DNA of 64,000 nucleotides from Candidatus Omnitrophota bacterium (GTDB lineage Bacteria; Omnitrophota; Gorgyraeia; JAHJTE01): NCBI GenBank assembly GCA_040753675.1, contig JBFMEB010000001.1, positions 32,498 to 96,497 of the forward strand, read 5' to 3'. Shown piece by piece: positions 1 to 8,366 of this stretch (position 1 is its first letter; each line of letters starts with the position of its first letter). The notes under the pieces were generated by a model. It saw only the letters and a program-made list of their open reading frames with translations, ran no database searches and was not told where the DNA came from. The position numbers and the translations under genes were made by a program.

Positions 1-686
1 GCCAAACCAAATGTCTTAGAAAATGTACGCAACACTATAATGTTATATTTTTTAAATAAATTTAGGGTCTTCGGAAAATCGTTTACATCGATAAATTCAT
101 TATAGGCCTCATCAAAAACCACGATTATATTTTTGGGTATTTTTTTTAGGAAACTCTCAACTTCTCTATTATTAACATATGTCCCAGTTGGATTGTTAGG
201 GTTGGCTATAAATATAAGCCTGGTCTTTTTAGTTATTGACGAAGGTATTTTTTCTAAATCATATTTATAATCCTTTAGCTCTACTTCCTTAAATTCTCTG
301 CCATTAACCTTGGCAATGATTTCGTACTCTAAGAACGTTTTCTTGGCACTCAATACTTCATCTCCCAGAGAACTAAAACTTTTGATAATGCAATCGATTA
401 ATTCATCACTGCCATTACCAAAAACAATATTATTAATATTAATCTTTAATTTAGAAGATAGTTTCTGTCTTAAAGAAAAATAACCTGAATCAGGATAGCG
501 GTTAACCTTATCTAATTCCCTTCTAATAGCTGCTAGGGCTTTTGGCGAACTGCCCAAAGGATTTTCGTTTGAAGCAAGTTTAACAATATTCCTTGCGCCA
601 ATGCCTGATTTGCGGTCTAATTCTTCAATAGATTTTCCGGCAATATACGGCTTAAATTTTTTTATATTCGGGTTATAAAAAACCAT
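1..686 (-). CDS. hisC: Histidinol-phosphate aminotransferase (class II aminotransferase); start codon at 686, C-terminus runs off the window
   Basis: Reverse-strand translation gives MVFYNPNIKKFKPYIAGKSIEELDRKSGIGARNIVKLASNENPLG...IFIANPNNPTGTY...VVFDEAYNEF...LRTFSK, typical HisC motifs. The pheA-hisC gene order is common. Not in the supplied ORF track because the ORF is open at the window edge. Confidence 0.6.
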   Translation of the reverse strand, partial: MVFYNPNIKKFKPYIAGKSIEELDRKSGIGARNIVKLASNENPLGSSPKALAAIRRELDKVNRYPDSGYFSLRQKLSSKLKININNIVFGNGSDELIDCIIKSFSSLGDEVLSAKKTFLEYEIIAKVNGREFKEVELKDYKYDLEKIPSSITKKTRLIFIANPNNPTGTYVNNREVESFLKKIPKNIIVVFDEAYNEFIDVNDFPKTLNLFKKYNIIVLRTFSKTFGL

Positions 687-696
687 ATTCGAGCAC

Positions 697-1761
697 TTAG
701 TAGCAGGGGTATGAACCGAGAATCTTTAAAAACTTACATTTTTTGCTTAAGTCTTCTAACGCCTTTTTTACATTTGAATTCAGGCAATGACCCTGCAGGT
801 CTAAAAAGAAATAATAATCCCAAGCCTTCTTTTTAGAAGGCCTTGATTCTATCTTTGTAAGGTTAATCTTGTATTTCTTAAACGGAACTAACATATCGCA
901 TAATGCGCCTACCCTGTCCTGGATTGAAAATACCAAAGATGTCTTATCGCTTCCCGTAGGCCCCACATCGTGCTTAGCAATAACCAAAAACCTGGTTATA
1001 TTATGAGGGCTATCTTCAATGCTCTTTTGTATTACTTTGAGATTATATATTTTTGCTGCTAAAGCCGAAGCAATACAAGCAGAGTTTTTCTCTTTGCTAA
1101 CAATCTGCGCAGCCCGGGACGTGCTGGAGACTTCAATTAGCTCTACATTTGGTAAATTTTTTTGTAACCAAATCCGGCACTGGCCGAATACCTGTGGATT
1201 AGAATAGACTCGTCTGATTTTTAAACCTGGATTTCGGCTTAAAAGATTATGAGAGACCTCCAATATTATTTGAGAGCATATCTTAAGGTCAGTCTCGGTT
1301 AACATATCCAAAGTGTGAGAAACCGCACCTTCTATAGAATTCTCAATTGGCACTACTCCATAATCCGCCTCATCTTTATCTACCAAAGCAAACACGTCGC
1401 TAATAGATTCTGCAGCAACAAAGTCGATCTGAGAGCCAAATTTCTTGATTGCTGCCAGATGAGTAAAGCTTGCTTCAGGTCCTAAATAAGCAATCTTAAC
1501 TGACTTTTCCAACGCCAGCATACTAGACATAATCTCTCTATAAATTGCCTCAATGGCTTCCTGAGACAATGGCCCCTTATTCAAGTTAGATAACCTACTT
1601 AAAATCTGTTTTTCCCGGTCAGCGGAATAAACACCTGCACCCTTGTCTAATTTAACTTTGCCGATATCTAAACTTATGTGCGCCCGTTTACTTAAAAGAA
1701 GCAAAATATTTTTATCAATCGCGTCTATTGCCTTTCTTAATTTCTTAATATTTGCACTCAT
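697..1761 (-). CDS. pheA: Bifunctional chorismate mutase / prephenate dehydratase (P-protein)
   Basis: N-terminal chorismate-mutase helix (LRKAIDAIDKNILLLLSKRA), PDT domain (IAYLGPEASFTHLAA ... ESRPS) and ACT-like C-terminus. Confidence 0.85.
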   Translation of the reverse strand: MSANIKKLRKAIDAIDKNILLLLSKRAHISLDIGKVKLDKGAGVYSADREKQILSRLSNLNKGPLSQEAIEAIYREIMSSMLALEKSVKIAYLGPEASFTHLAAIKKFGSQIDFVAAESISDVFALVDKDEADYGVVPIENSIEGAVSHTLDMLTETDLKICSQIILEVSHNLLSRNPGLKIRRVYSNPQVFGQCRIWLQKNLPNVELIEVSSTSRAAQIVSKEKNSACIASALAAKIYNLKVIQKSIEDSPHNITRFLVIAKHDVGPTGSDKTSLVFSIQDRVGALCDMLVPFKKYKINLTKIESRPSKKKAWDYYFFLDLQGHCLNSNVKKALEDLSKKCKFLKILGSYPCY

Positions 1762-1770
1762 TTCTGACTC

Positions 1771-2433
1771 CTAAGTTGGTGGTTGAGAAGACTGAGTTTT
1801 TTCAGCATCAGCTGCTAAAATTTTTTGACTTTCTACTGTAATTGTATTCTCCTTTAGCGCATCTTTAACATTTTGGGCCGCAGGCGTATTTAAGGCAGCA
1901 AACTCCTCTATTGGCGGCAAATCAGATAAAGATTTCAAACCAAAGTATTCCAGAAACTCATAGGTAGTTGAATAAAGAAACGGCCTGCCAATTACATTTT
2001 TTCTGCCAGCGATTCTAATTAAATCTTTATCTAAAAGTGTTTTTATAACTCCATCAACATTAACTCCGCGTAATGATTCAAGGTCTAACTTAGTTACAGG
2101 CTGTTTATAAGCAATAATCGCCAAGGTCTCTAAACTCGGACCAGAAAGCCTGTCTACATGTTTAATCTTATAAAGATTTTTAATAAACGATGCAAATTTT
2201 TGATTTGTACAAAATTTAAATCCGCCGGCAACTTCTAATATCTGCAGGCCGCTTTGCCGCTCGGCGTATTCTCGTTGTAATTGCTCGATTATGGCACGAA
2301 TTTCGTCAGTATCAATATTGCCCAAAACCTCTTTAATCTGCAAAATAGTCAGTGGCTTCTCGCTTGAAAATATCAATGCCTCAATAATATTTTTTACGTC
2401 ATCCATTTTGTCTTCTCTGTTTATAAACTTCAT
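1771..2433 (-). CDS. scpB: Segregation and condensation protein B (true start may be the internal MDDVKN at about 2406)
   Basis: IIEALIFSSEKPLTILQI motif typical of ScpB winged-helix; size about 210 aa. Confidence 0.75.
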   Translation of the reverse strand: MKFINREDKMDDVKNIIEALIFSSEKPLTILQIKEVLGNIDTDEIRAIIEQLQREYAERQSGLQILEVAGGFKFCTNQKFASFIKNLYKIKHVDRLSGPSLETLAIIAYKQPVTKLDLESLRGVNVDGVIKTLLDKDLIRIAGRKNVIGRPFLYSTTYEFLEYFGLKSLSDLPPIEEFAALNTPAAQNVKDALKENTITVESQKILAADAEKTQSSQPPT

Positions 2434-3025
2434 TCAAAATCTCTTCGACTGAATTTAGTCCTGGCGAACGCTCTAACGCCTTTTTTAACATCTCTTTTGC
2501 CTCTTGCCTGTTATACTGTAACTGCTCTAAAACCTGCAACGCCTCTATCTCTAAGTCAGGCCCTATTGTCTCTTCCTTGGCTATCTCGTCTTGTAAAAGC
2601 CCAAACCTGGCAATTTTATCCTGCAGTTTCGCCACAATATTTTTCGCCTTTTGAATCCCAATTCCAGGCAGGGTAGTCAAAAATTTTATATCGCCCCGAT
2701 AAATTGCCTGAGCAACTACGGAAATCGGCTTATTCAGCGCCTTTATCGCTGCCCGAGGCCCAACTCCAGAAACAGAAATAAACTGTTCAAAGAAATCTTT
2801 TTCCAATTCGTTCAAGAAACCAATTAAAACTGGCGTGCTGCGCGACGGCTCAATCTGATGATAATGGTAAGTAATAAGTTCTATGGTTTTATCCTGAGGA
2901 AGCGACTTTTCAATCCTGGCTAAAATAGTTGCCGGCACCAAAACCTCGTAACTGATTCCACCAACATCAATTACTAAACAATTTGAATTTAATTGGCAAA
3001 CTTTACCGCAGATTCTGACAATCAT
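2399..3025 (-). CDS. ruvA: Holliday junction DNA helicase RuvA
   Basis: OB-fold N-terminus (GISYEVLVP), HhH motifs (LTTLPGIGIQKAKNIV), C-terminal RuvB-interacting domain. Confidence 0.85.
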   Translation of the reverse strand: MIVRICGKVCQLNSNCLVIDVGGISYEVLVPATILARIEKSLPQDKTIELITYHYHQIEPSRSTPVLIGFLNELEKDFFEQFISVSGVGPRAAIKALNKPISVVAQAIYRGDIKFLTTLPGIGIQKAKNIVAKLQDKIARFGLLQDEIAKEETIGPDLEIEALQVLEQLQYNRQEAKEMLKKALERSPGLNSVEEILNEVYKQRRQNG

Positions 3026-3504
3026 AAGGACATCCTGATTGTATGGCCGTGCGTTATTGCTACAGCCAGGGCATCTGTAACATCAAAATATTTTGGACAT
3101 TCTTTAATCTTCAATAACTGCTGAACCATCCGCTGAATCTGGTCCTTGGAAGCCCTGCCTCTTCCCACCAATGCCTTTTTTATGTGTGTTGATGGATATT
3201 CAAAAAGAGGTATATTTAATTGAGCGCAGGCCAAACAAATTAAACCCCGCGCCTGGCCCAGAGCATAAGAAGTTGTGGGGTGGCGATAATGAGAATAAAT
3301 TTTTTCAAGAGCCACTGCCTGCGGCTCGACTCTTTTCATTAAATTCACAATATTTTTATAGATATGCTCTAATCTCTTTTCTATATTATCTTGACTTTTA
3401 GTTTTAACAATTCCTGCTTCTAGTAAAGCCGCAGCGCCTTTATTCCAATCCACTAATCCATAGCCGCAAATTTGTAAACCAGGGTCAACGCCCAAAATTT
3501 TCAT
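3022..3504 (-). CDS. ruvC: Crossover junction endodeoxyribonuclease RuvC
   Basis: MKILGVDPGLQICGYGL N-terminus and acidic catalytic residues; overlaps ruvA by 4 nt (operon). Confidence 0.85.
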   Translation of the reverse strand: MKILGVDPGLQICGYGLVDWNKGAAALLEAGIVKTKSQDNIEKRLEHIYKNIVNLMKRVEPQAVALEKIYSHYRHPTTSYALGQARGLICLACAQLNIPLFEYPSTHIKKALVGRGRASKDQIQRMVQQLLKIKECPKYFDVTDALAVAITHGHTIRMSL

Positions 3505-3510
3505 TTATTA

Positions 3511-4272
3511 TTATTCAGTTGTACTTGTCGCTAACTCTAACACATTATCAGGTATATCAAAGTTTGCGAATACCTCCTGCACATCATCGTGTTCTTCTAA
3601 TGCCTCTACTAATCCTAAGACAGCTTTAGCCGTAGCAATGTCTGTAATCTTAACTGTAGAACTCGGCAGCATGGTAATCGAAGCTGTTTCGAAATATATT
3701 TTTTTATCCTCCAAGGCTTTTTTTACAACATCAAGGTCTTGCGGCTGGGTAGTTATTTCGTACTTTTCTCCCTCGCTTTTTAAATCTTCTGCACCCGCCT
3801 CAAGGATAATATTTAGAAGCTTATCTTCTTCGATTGCCTTTTTATCAACTAATATATATCCTTTCTTCGAGAAAAGCCAGTTAACCGCACCAGCTCCGGC
3901 TAAATTGCCTCCTTTTTTGGAAAGGATGTTTCTTACCTCGGCTGAGGTACGATTCTTATTATCCGTCAAAGTCTGAATTATAATCGCAACTCCTGCAGGC
4001 CCATATGCCTCGTAAGCAACTGATTCATAAGTTACGCCAGGTAACTCCCCTGTGCCTCTTTTAATGGCTTTGGTAATATTATCTTGAGGCATATTCTGTT
4101 CTTTGGCCTTGCTGACTACTGCGCGTAACCTGGCATTAGAATCAAGATTACCACCGCCCTCTCTGGCAGCACAGGTAATTTCACGAATTAACTTTGTATA
4201 CAGTGAGCCTTTTTTTGCATCTGTTGCTGCTTTTTTGTGTTTTATACTTGCCCATTTTGAATGACCTGACAT
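3511..4272 (-). CDS. yebC: YebC/PmpR family DNA-binding transcriptional regulator
   Basis: MSGHSKWASIKHKKAATDAKKG N-terminus is the family signature. Confidence 0.85.
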   Translation of the reverse strand: MSGHSKWASIKHKKAATDAKKGSLYTKLIREITCAAREGGGNLDSNARLRAVVSKAKEQNMPQDNITKAIKRGTGELPGVTYESVAYEAYGPAGVAIIIQTLTDNKNRTSAEVRNILSKKGGNLAGAGAVNWLFSKKGYILVDKKAIEEDKLLNIILEAGAEDLKSEGEKYEITTQPQDLDVVKKALEDKKIYFETASITMLPSSTVKITDIATAKAVLGLVEALEEHDDVQEVFANFDIPDNVLELATSTTE

Positions 4273-4299
4273 TTTCTAACCCCCTTATTAGACAAAAGT

Positions 4300-4662
4300 A
4301 ACGAGTGAGGCAGGCAAATAAGCCGAGTTTTGTTATCCCGAATATATCGGGACGATGGCAATTTCTCTAAACTGCCAGATTACTCTGACAGTTCAAGCAG
4401 CCTACCCATCCACCCATAGTTTAAGCTAACTGGAATGGGACATTCCAAGCGGTGGACCTATGCGACCTTGCTCCGCGTAGAGATTGCCGCGTTTCACGTC
4501 ATCGCGAAAATTTTGCGTTTTCGCGGTTACTCGTCTCTGTGGCTCTGAATCCTATTTGAGAATAAATCCCAAATGGTGGGTATTACCCACTACGCTTCCC
4601 TCTGGAGCTCGGACTTTCCTCCCCGACATATCGCCGGAGTAGCCATCTTTGCCTGCTCTTTT
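4300..4662 (-). ncRNA. rnpB: RNase P RNA, bacterial type A
   Basis: Minus-strand sequence contains the P4 halves GGAGGAAAGUCCGAGCUCC (rc of 4596-4614) and ACAAAACUCGGCUUAU. A P1 pairing GAGCAGGCAAA / UUUGCCUGCC fits; length about 360 nt. No long ORF across most of the region. Confidence 0.8.
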
Positions 4663-5084
4663 ATTGCCTTAACTGCTAGTTTATCAGCTCCTTTATTCAA
4701 AGAGCGCTCTATTTGATTAATCTTGATATGTTCAAAGTAACTCATCAAACCGAGTGATTTTAAGTGCAATTCTCTAAGCGCTGAATTTTTAACTTTAAAT
4801 CTTTTCTTAAGTTGGTTTGCCAATAGTTGGCTGTCAGTATTAACAATCACATTACGCGCTTTAATTTTCAATAGCTCTTCCAACGCTAATATAAATGCGC
4901 TATATTCTGCAATATTATTAGTACTTTCACCTATAAACTTTGATATATTGCTAATAATTTTTTTTTCTTTGCTGATAATAATACCAATGCCGGCTGGGCC
5001 AGGATTTCCGCTACAAGCGCCATCTATATAAACTTCAAAACTGGCCCCGGTCTTAGGCGAAACTTTTTCGAAAAGATCCTCCAA
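4590..5084 (-). CDS. rnhA: Ribonuclease HI; last ~24 codons overlap the 5' end of rnpB
   Basis: YIDGACSGNPGPAGIGIII ... NNIAEYSAFILALE ... TDSQLL RNase H fold motifs. The C-terminal tail MATPAICRGGKSELQREA lies over the RNase P RNA sequence. Confidence 0.7.
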   Translation of the reverse strand: MEDLFEKVSPKTGASFEVYIDGACSGNPGPAGIGIIISKEKKIISNISKFIGESTNNIAEYSAFILALEELLKIKARNVIVNTDSQLLANQLKKRFKVKNSALRELHLKSLGLMSYFEHIKINQIERSLNKGADKLAVKAIKEQAKMATPAICRGGKSELQREA

Positions 5085-5085
5085 G

Positions 5086-5820
5086 TTATCCCCCTAAATC
5101 CTCTTCCAAGTATAATATGCGTGAACACATCTGACAAATTATAATTCTATCGTGCATTTTTATCTCGTTAATTGCCTGTGGCGTTACATTCATAAAGCAA
5201 CCCTGGCAGGTATCGTTTTTAACTGGCACGATGGCAACGCCGGCGCGATTATCCAGAACCTTGTCATACTGGGATAAAATCTTTGACTCGATGTCTTGCG
5301 CCAACTGCTTACGCTTATTAACTAAAGTTTCCAAAGCCTGGTCAATTTCTTTTATCTGATTATTTATCTTTTCTCTTTCTATTGATAATTTTTGCTCTTC
5401 TAGTTTTAGGCGTTCTTGTTCGCTAGCCAGTTGGTCTTTCTTGGAATCTATCATATCAAAAACACCTATTAACTCATCTTCAATCACCGACTTATCTGCC
5501 TTAACCCCGTCAATCTCTTTAAGTTTTGCAGCATACTCTTTATTTGTCTTTAAGGTGTATAGTTGCTGCTGTGACTTTTTTATAGTTTCTTCTTTAGCTG
5601 AAAGCTCTAGTTCTTTTTCTTTACGCTTAACCAATAAGGTGTCAACCTCTTTTTTTAATTCTTCTGTCTTCTGCTTATTAGAGTTAAACCTCTCTTGAAG
5701 TTGGCTAAGTTCTCTAGGCTTATCTTCTTTGTCCTTTTTAAAATTTAATATCTGGGTATCGAGTTTTTGCAATTCAACAAGTTTCTTAAGTTGATCTTTT
5801 ATTGAGATGTTTTCAGACAT
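5086..5820 (-). CDS. Coiled-coil C4-type zinc-ribbon protein (DUF164 family)
   Basis: Long Lys/Glu-rich coiled coil followed by C-terminal CQGC...CQMC zinc ribbon; the family is commonly adjacent to rnhA/Nif3. Confidence 0.6.
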   Translation of the reverse strand: MSENISIKDQLKKLVELQKLDTQILNFKKDKEDKPRELSQLQERFNSNKQKTEELKKEVDTLLVKRKEKELELSAKEETIKKSQQQLYTLKTNKEYAAKLKEIDGVKADKSVIEDELIGVFDMIDSKKDQLASEQERLKLEEQKLSIEREKINNQIKEIDQALETLVNKRKQLAQDIESKILSQYDKVLDNRAGVAIVPVKNDTCQGCFMNVTPQAINEIKMHDRIIICQMCSRILYLEEDLGG

Positions 5821-5852
5821 TTATTAACTTTCATCCTCTTAGCGTAGTAGAG

Positions 5853-5926
5853 TGGGCGATACAGGACTTGAACCTGTGACCTCTGCCATGTGAGGGCAGC
5901 GCTCTAACCAGCTAAGCCAATCGCCC
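5853..5926 (-). tRNA. tRNA-Val (anticodon CAC)
   Basis: Minus-strand GGGCGAUUGGCUUAGCUGGUUAGAGCGCUGCCCUCACAUGGCAG...GGUUCAAGUCCUGUAUCGCCCA folds as a 74-nt cloverleaf with anticodon loop CUCACAU. Confidence 0.8.
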
Positions 5927-5949
5927 TGCTTAAATAATAGAATTTACCC

Positions 5950-5972
5950 TGGGCGATAGAGGACTTGAACCT
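5950..5972 (-). repeat. 23-nt exact duplicate of the 3' end (T-arm plus acceptor) of the downstream tRNA-Met; not a complete tRNA
   Basis: tgggcgatagaggacttgaacct occurs at 5950-5972 and 6116-6138. No matching 5' acceptor strand or D-arm could be found for the first copy. Confidence 0.7.
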
Positions 5973-6115
5973 ATCGTCCTCGCTATCGCTCGTCCTCCTC
6001 ATAGGGGCTCTGCCCCTCTGATGGTCAGCCGACTTATCGTCGGCTTCCCGGTCACCCCGACAACGTGGTGAAAATTCTTTCCCCACACCCCTTTAGGTTC
6101 AATTAGCGAATAAGT

Positions 6116-6190
6116 TGGGCGATAGAGGACTTGAACCTCTGACCCGCTGATTATGAGTCAGCTGCTCTCACCAGACTGAGCTAATCGCCC
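6116..6190 (-). tRNA. tRNA-Met (anticodon CAU; elongator type; tRNA-Ile2 not excluded)
   Basis: GGGCGAUUAGCUCAGUCUGGUGAGAGCAGCUGACUCAUAAUCAGC...GGUUCAAGUCCUCUAUCGCCCA, 75 nt. Anticodon stem is not the GGG/CCC initiator type. Confidence 0.8.
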
Positions 6191-6260
6191 TAAACTTATT
6201 ATATTACTATTGTTTAAAAAAATTGGCAAGATAATTCTCTTGGTTCTGGAAGGGATATTG

Positions 6261-6908
6261 CTATTTTCGGTTAAATTGGGTTTTAACCTCTTTATGCGTA
6301 AGCAGAACCCAAAAAATCAGACCAGGTAACCCAATAGGAAGAATATTTTCAAATAATGAGTTTAAGGAGTTAAGATTTTTGAATGCCATTTTTGCACCGG
6401 AAAAAATTCCTGCAGAAACAAAAACATCTAAACACAGCCCATTGTATAACCAAAGCTCAAATGAAAATATGACTGCTACCTCTGCTGCATATATACCTAA
6501 AACTCTTGCCCAGTTTTTAAATTTAAAAATTCCAATTGCTGATACAAAATAAGCTAACCACAAACAATAAAAAAATAATTCTGTCGGAAAAATTGGAGTC
6601 TTACATTGAACTGTAATAGATGGAGCATGGAAAAATGGGTAACTTACTGCCATCTTAATAGCCCTGCTAATAGGCGATCCTAAAAAAAATCTCAGCCAAA
6701 TAAATTCGTCTAACATTGGAATAACTAAAAACAGTATAGGATATATTATAATCCAAACTCCAAGAATTCTAATCGCAACTTTAGGCTGTTGTCTAACAAG
6801 CTTACGCATGAGAAAAATCAAACTTACCGAAATTGCTAAAGATAATGATAAAATTATACTTAAAACCAGTGGATTATCAATGATGAGAAACATAGCCACC
6901 TCCCTCAA
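6261..6908 (-). CDS. Polytopic integral membrane protein, function unknown
   Basis: 215 aa with 6-7 predicted hydrophobic helices and no recognisable catalytic motif. Its start overlaps the end of a pilin-like gene. Confidence 0.5.
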   Translation of the reverse strand: MREVAMFLIIDNPLVLSIILSLSLAISVSLIFLMRKLVRQQPKVAIRILGVWIIIYPILFLVIPMLDEFIWLRFFLGSPISRAIKMAVSYPFFHAPSITVQCKTPIFPTELFFYCLWLAYFVSAIGIFKFKNWARVLGIYAAEVAVIFSFELWLYNGLCLDVFVSAGIFSGAKMAFKNLNSLNSLFENILPIGLPGLIFWVLLTHKEVKTQFNRK

Positions 6909-7347
6909 AATGCTGTTTTTCTATCGACAAATCATACATTGCACCTACGGAAGAAAAGTTCCAAATTTTGCCTCTCCAATTAGGACCACCCATCCAGGAA
7001 TGAGGACAATATATCAACCAGTTAGGACTAAAACCACCTGTATTATCTAAAAACCAGTCGACATTGGCAGTGGCTGGGCCAACATCAACTTTATGTGGCG
7101 GAGGATTCTCTAAAAGGTTAAAAGGATCTTCGCTTGCGTCCATTCCCCACCAACGATTATTTCTAGCATAATAAAGCAAAGAGGCTGACTGCAATGCTCG
7201 CATTGTGGCATCTTCCTGCACTCCTAAGGCCTTATTGGCAATGTCTACAAAAGCCGAGACCGCAGCCGAAGCAATAATAGCAAGGATAGAAAGTACAATG
7301 ACGAGTTCTATGAGAGTGAAGCTTCTATTATTGAATTTTAAATTCAT
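6877..7347 (-). CDS. Prepilin-type N-terminal cleavage/methylation domain protein (pilin-like paralog 1)
   Basis: FTLIELVIVLSILAIIASAAVS class III signal-peptide helix and variable C-terminus with NVDWF...IYCPH motif. Confidence 0.75.
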   Translation of the reverse strand: MNLKFNNRSFTLIELVIVLSILAIIASAAVSAFVDIANKALGVQEDATMRALQSASLLYYARNNRWWGMDASEDPFNLLENPPPHKVDVGPATANVDWFLDNTGGFSPNWLIYCPHSWMGGPNWRGKIWNFSSVGAMYDLSIEKQHFEGGGYVSHH

Positions 7348-7356
7348 TTTTTAAAA

Positions 7357-7806
7357 TTAATGTTTTTTGTTCATGGTACGATTATATTCCGCGTGGTGAG
7401 AAAAAAAATCCCATATTTTTCCTCTAGCCATGTTGAAAGAATGGGGACACCATATTTGCCATATTTCATCGCCAATACCTGAAGGATCGAAATATAAAAA
7501 CCAATCTACATTACCAATACCTGGAATAGGTGGGTCTATCCCATTGGGAGGCTCAACAACAAAGCGTGGAGGATTTTCTAAGAGGCGAAAAGGCGGCTCA
7601 GTTTCATTCACTCCCCACCAGCGGCCATTTCTAGCATAATAAAGCAAACAGGCTGATTGCACTGCGCGCATTGTCGCATCTTCCTGCACGCCAAATGCTC
7701 TATTTGCAATATCTACGAAAGCCGAAACTGCGGCCGAGGCGATGATGGCGAGTATGGAAAGGACGATGACGAGTTCTATGAGGGTAAAGCCATAATTATT
7801 TTTCAT
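7357..7806 (-). CDS. Prepilin-type N-terminal cleavage/methylation domain protein (pilin-like paralog 2)
   Basis: MKNNYGFTLIELVIVLSILAIIASAAVSAFVDIAN identical to paralog 1 over about 60 aa; divergent C-terminus with NVDWF...IWCPH. Confidence 0.75.
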   Translation of the reverse strand: MKNNYGFTLIELVIVLSILAIIASAAVSAFVDIANRAFGVQEDATMRAVQSACLLYYARNGRWWGVNETEPPFRLLENPPRFVVEPPNGIDPPIPGIGNVDWFLYFDPSGIGDEIWQIWCPHSFNMARGKIWDFFSHHAEYNRTMNKKH

Positions 7807-7820
7807 TTTTTCTTTCTACG

Positions 7821-8269
7821 CTACCAATGTCCTGGAGAAGAAGCATCTTTTGTGTATCTTGCCCCTACTGTGTAAAACCAGTATTTGTTTCCTCTTTCTT
7901 CAGTAAAAAGATCCATATGAGGACAATAAATAACCCATATTGGAGTTGGAAGTAACGTCTGCCTCATAACTTCCCATTGTCCAATGTTTGCTGGGCGAAA
8001 CATGTTCAGTGCATGAGGAGGTGGATTTTCTAAAAGAAGAAAAGGGTCTTCCTCCAAGGCGAATCCCCACCAGCTGTTATTTTTTGCATAGTATAGTAAA
8101 GCAGCAGATTGCCTGCGCGCATTGTCGCATCTTCCTGCACCCCAAAGGACTTATTGGCAAGGTCAATAAAAGATGAAACTGCTGCCGAAGCAATAATAGC
8201 AAGGATAGAAAGTACAATGACGAGTTCTATTAGAGTAAACCCGCGATTTCTCTTCAATTTTAAATTCAT
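7821..8269 (-). pseudogene. Pilin-like paralog 3 disrupted by a 1-nt deletion near 8111-8112 (or a sequencing error)
   Basis: ORFs 8030-8269 (conserved N-terminus) and 7821-8057 (C-terminus EDPFLLLENPPPH...IYCPH) are two frames of one gene. The alignment to paralog 2 shows cgcgcag-gcaatc versus cgcgcagtgcaatc. Confidence 0.65.
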
Positions 8270-8366
8270 AGTCAGAAAAAACTAAAAAGAGAGGCTGCTT
8301 TTTTAAGCTAACCTTTCTTTTATTTTAATCTAAATCTTTCGTCAATACAATAATTAATTCTATGTT

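Noticed and set aside
1019-1207. Plus-strand ORFs throughout the window (e.g. 1019-1207, 3638-3976, 5441-5698, 9963-10310, 29342-29758, 37676-37987, 62160-62420)
   Set aside because: Each lies antisense inside a well-supported minus-strand gene, has low-complexity composition and no homology signal; rejected as spurious.
5904-6086. 60-aa minus-strand ORF spanning the tRNA-Val / tRNA-Met interval
   Set aside because: It overlaps tRNA-Val and the tRNA 3'-end remnant, and is Arg/Asp-rich low-complexity with no RBS context; it is an ORF-caller artefact.
5944-6113. Possible SRP (4.5S) RNA, tmRNA or intron-containing tRNA between the two tRNAs
   Set aside because: A hairpin GCCGAC-GAUAA-GUCGGC and GACCGGGAAG weakly recall SRP domain IV. 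The apical loop is a pentaloop rather than GNRA. There is no tmRNA tag reading frame or 5' acceptor strand, and no D-arm or anticodon arm could be built. It is kept only as a repeat or remnant.
6261-6908. Considered prepilin peptidase (PilD) or exosortase for the membrane protein next to the pilin paralogs
   Set aside because: No PilD-type conserved Asp motifs or cytoplasmic Cys-rich loop, and it is too short for an exosortase. Left as an unknown membrane protein.
8270-8366. Possible promoter TTGACG...TAAAAT upstream of the frameshifted pilin copy
   Set aside because: Spacer length is ambiguous (12 or 16 nt) and the region is generally AT-rich; too weak to call.
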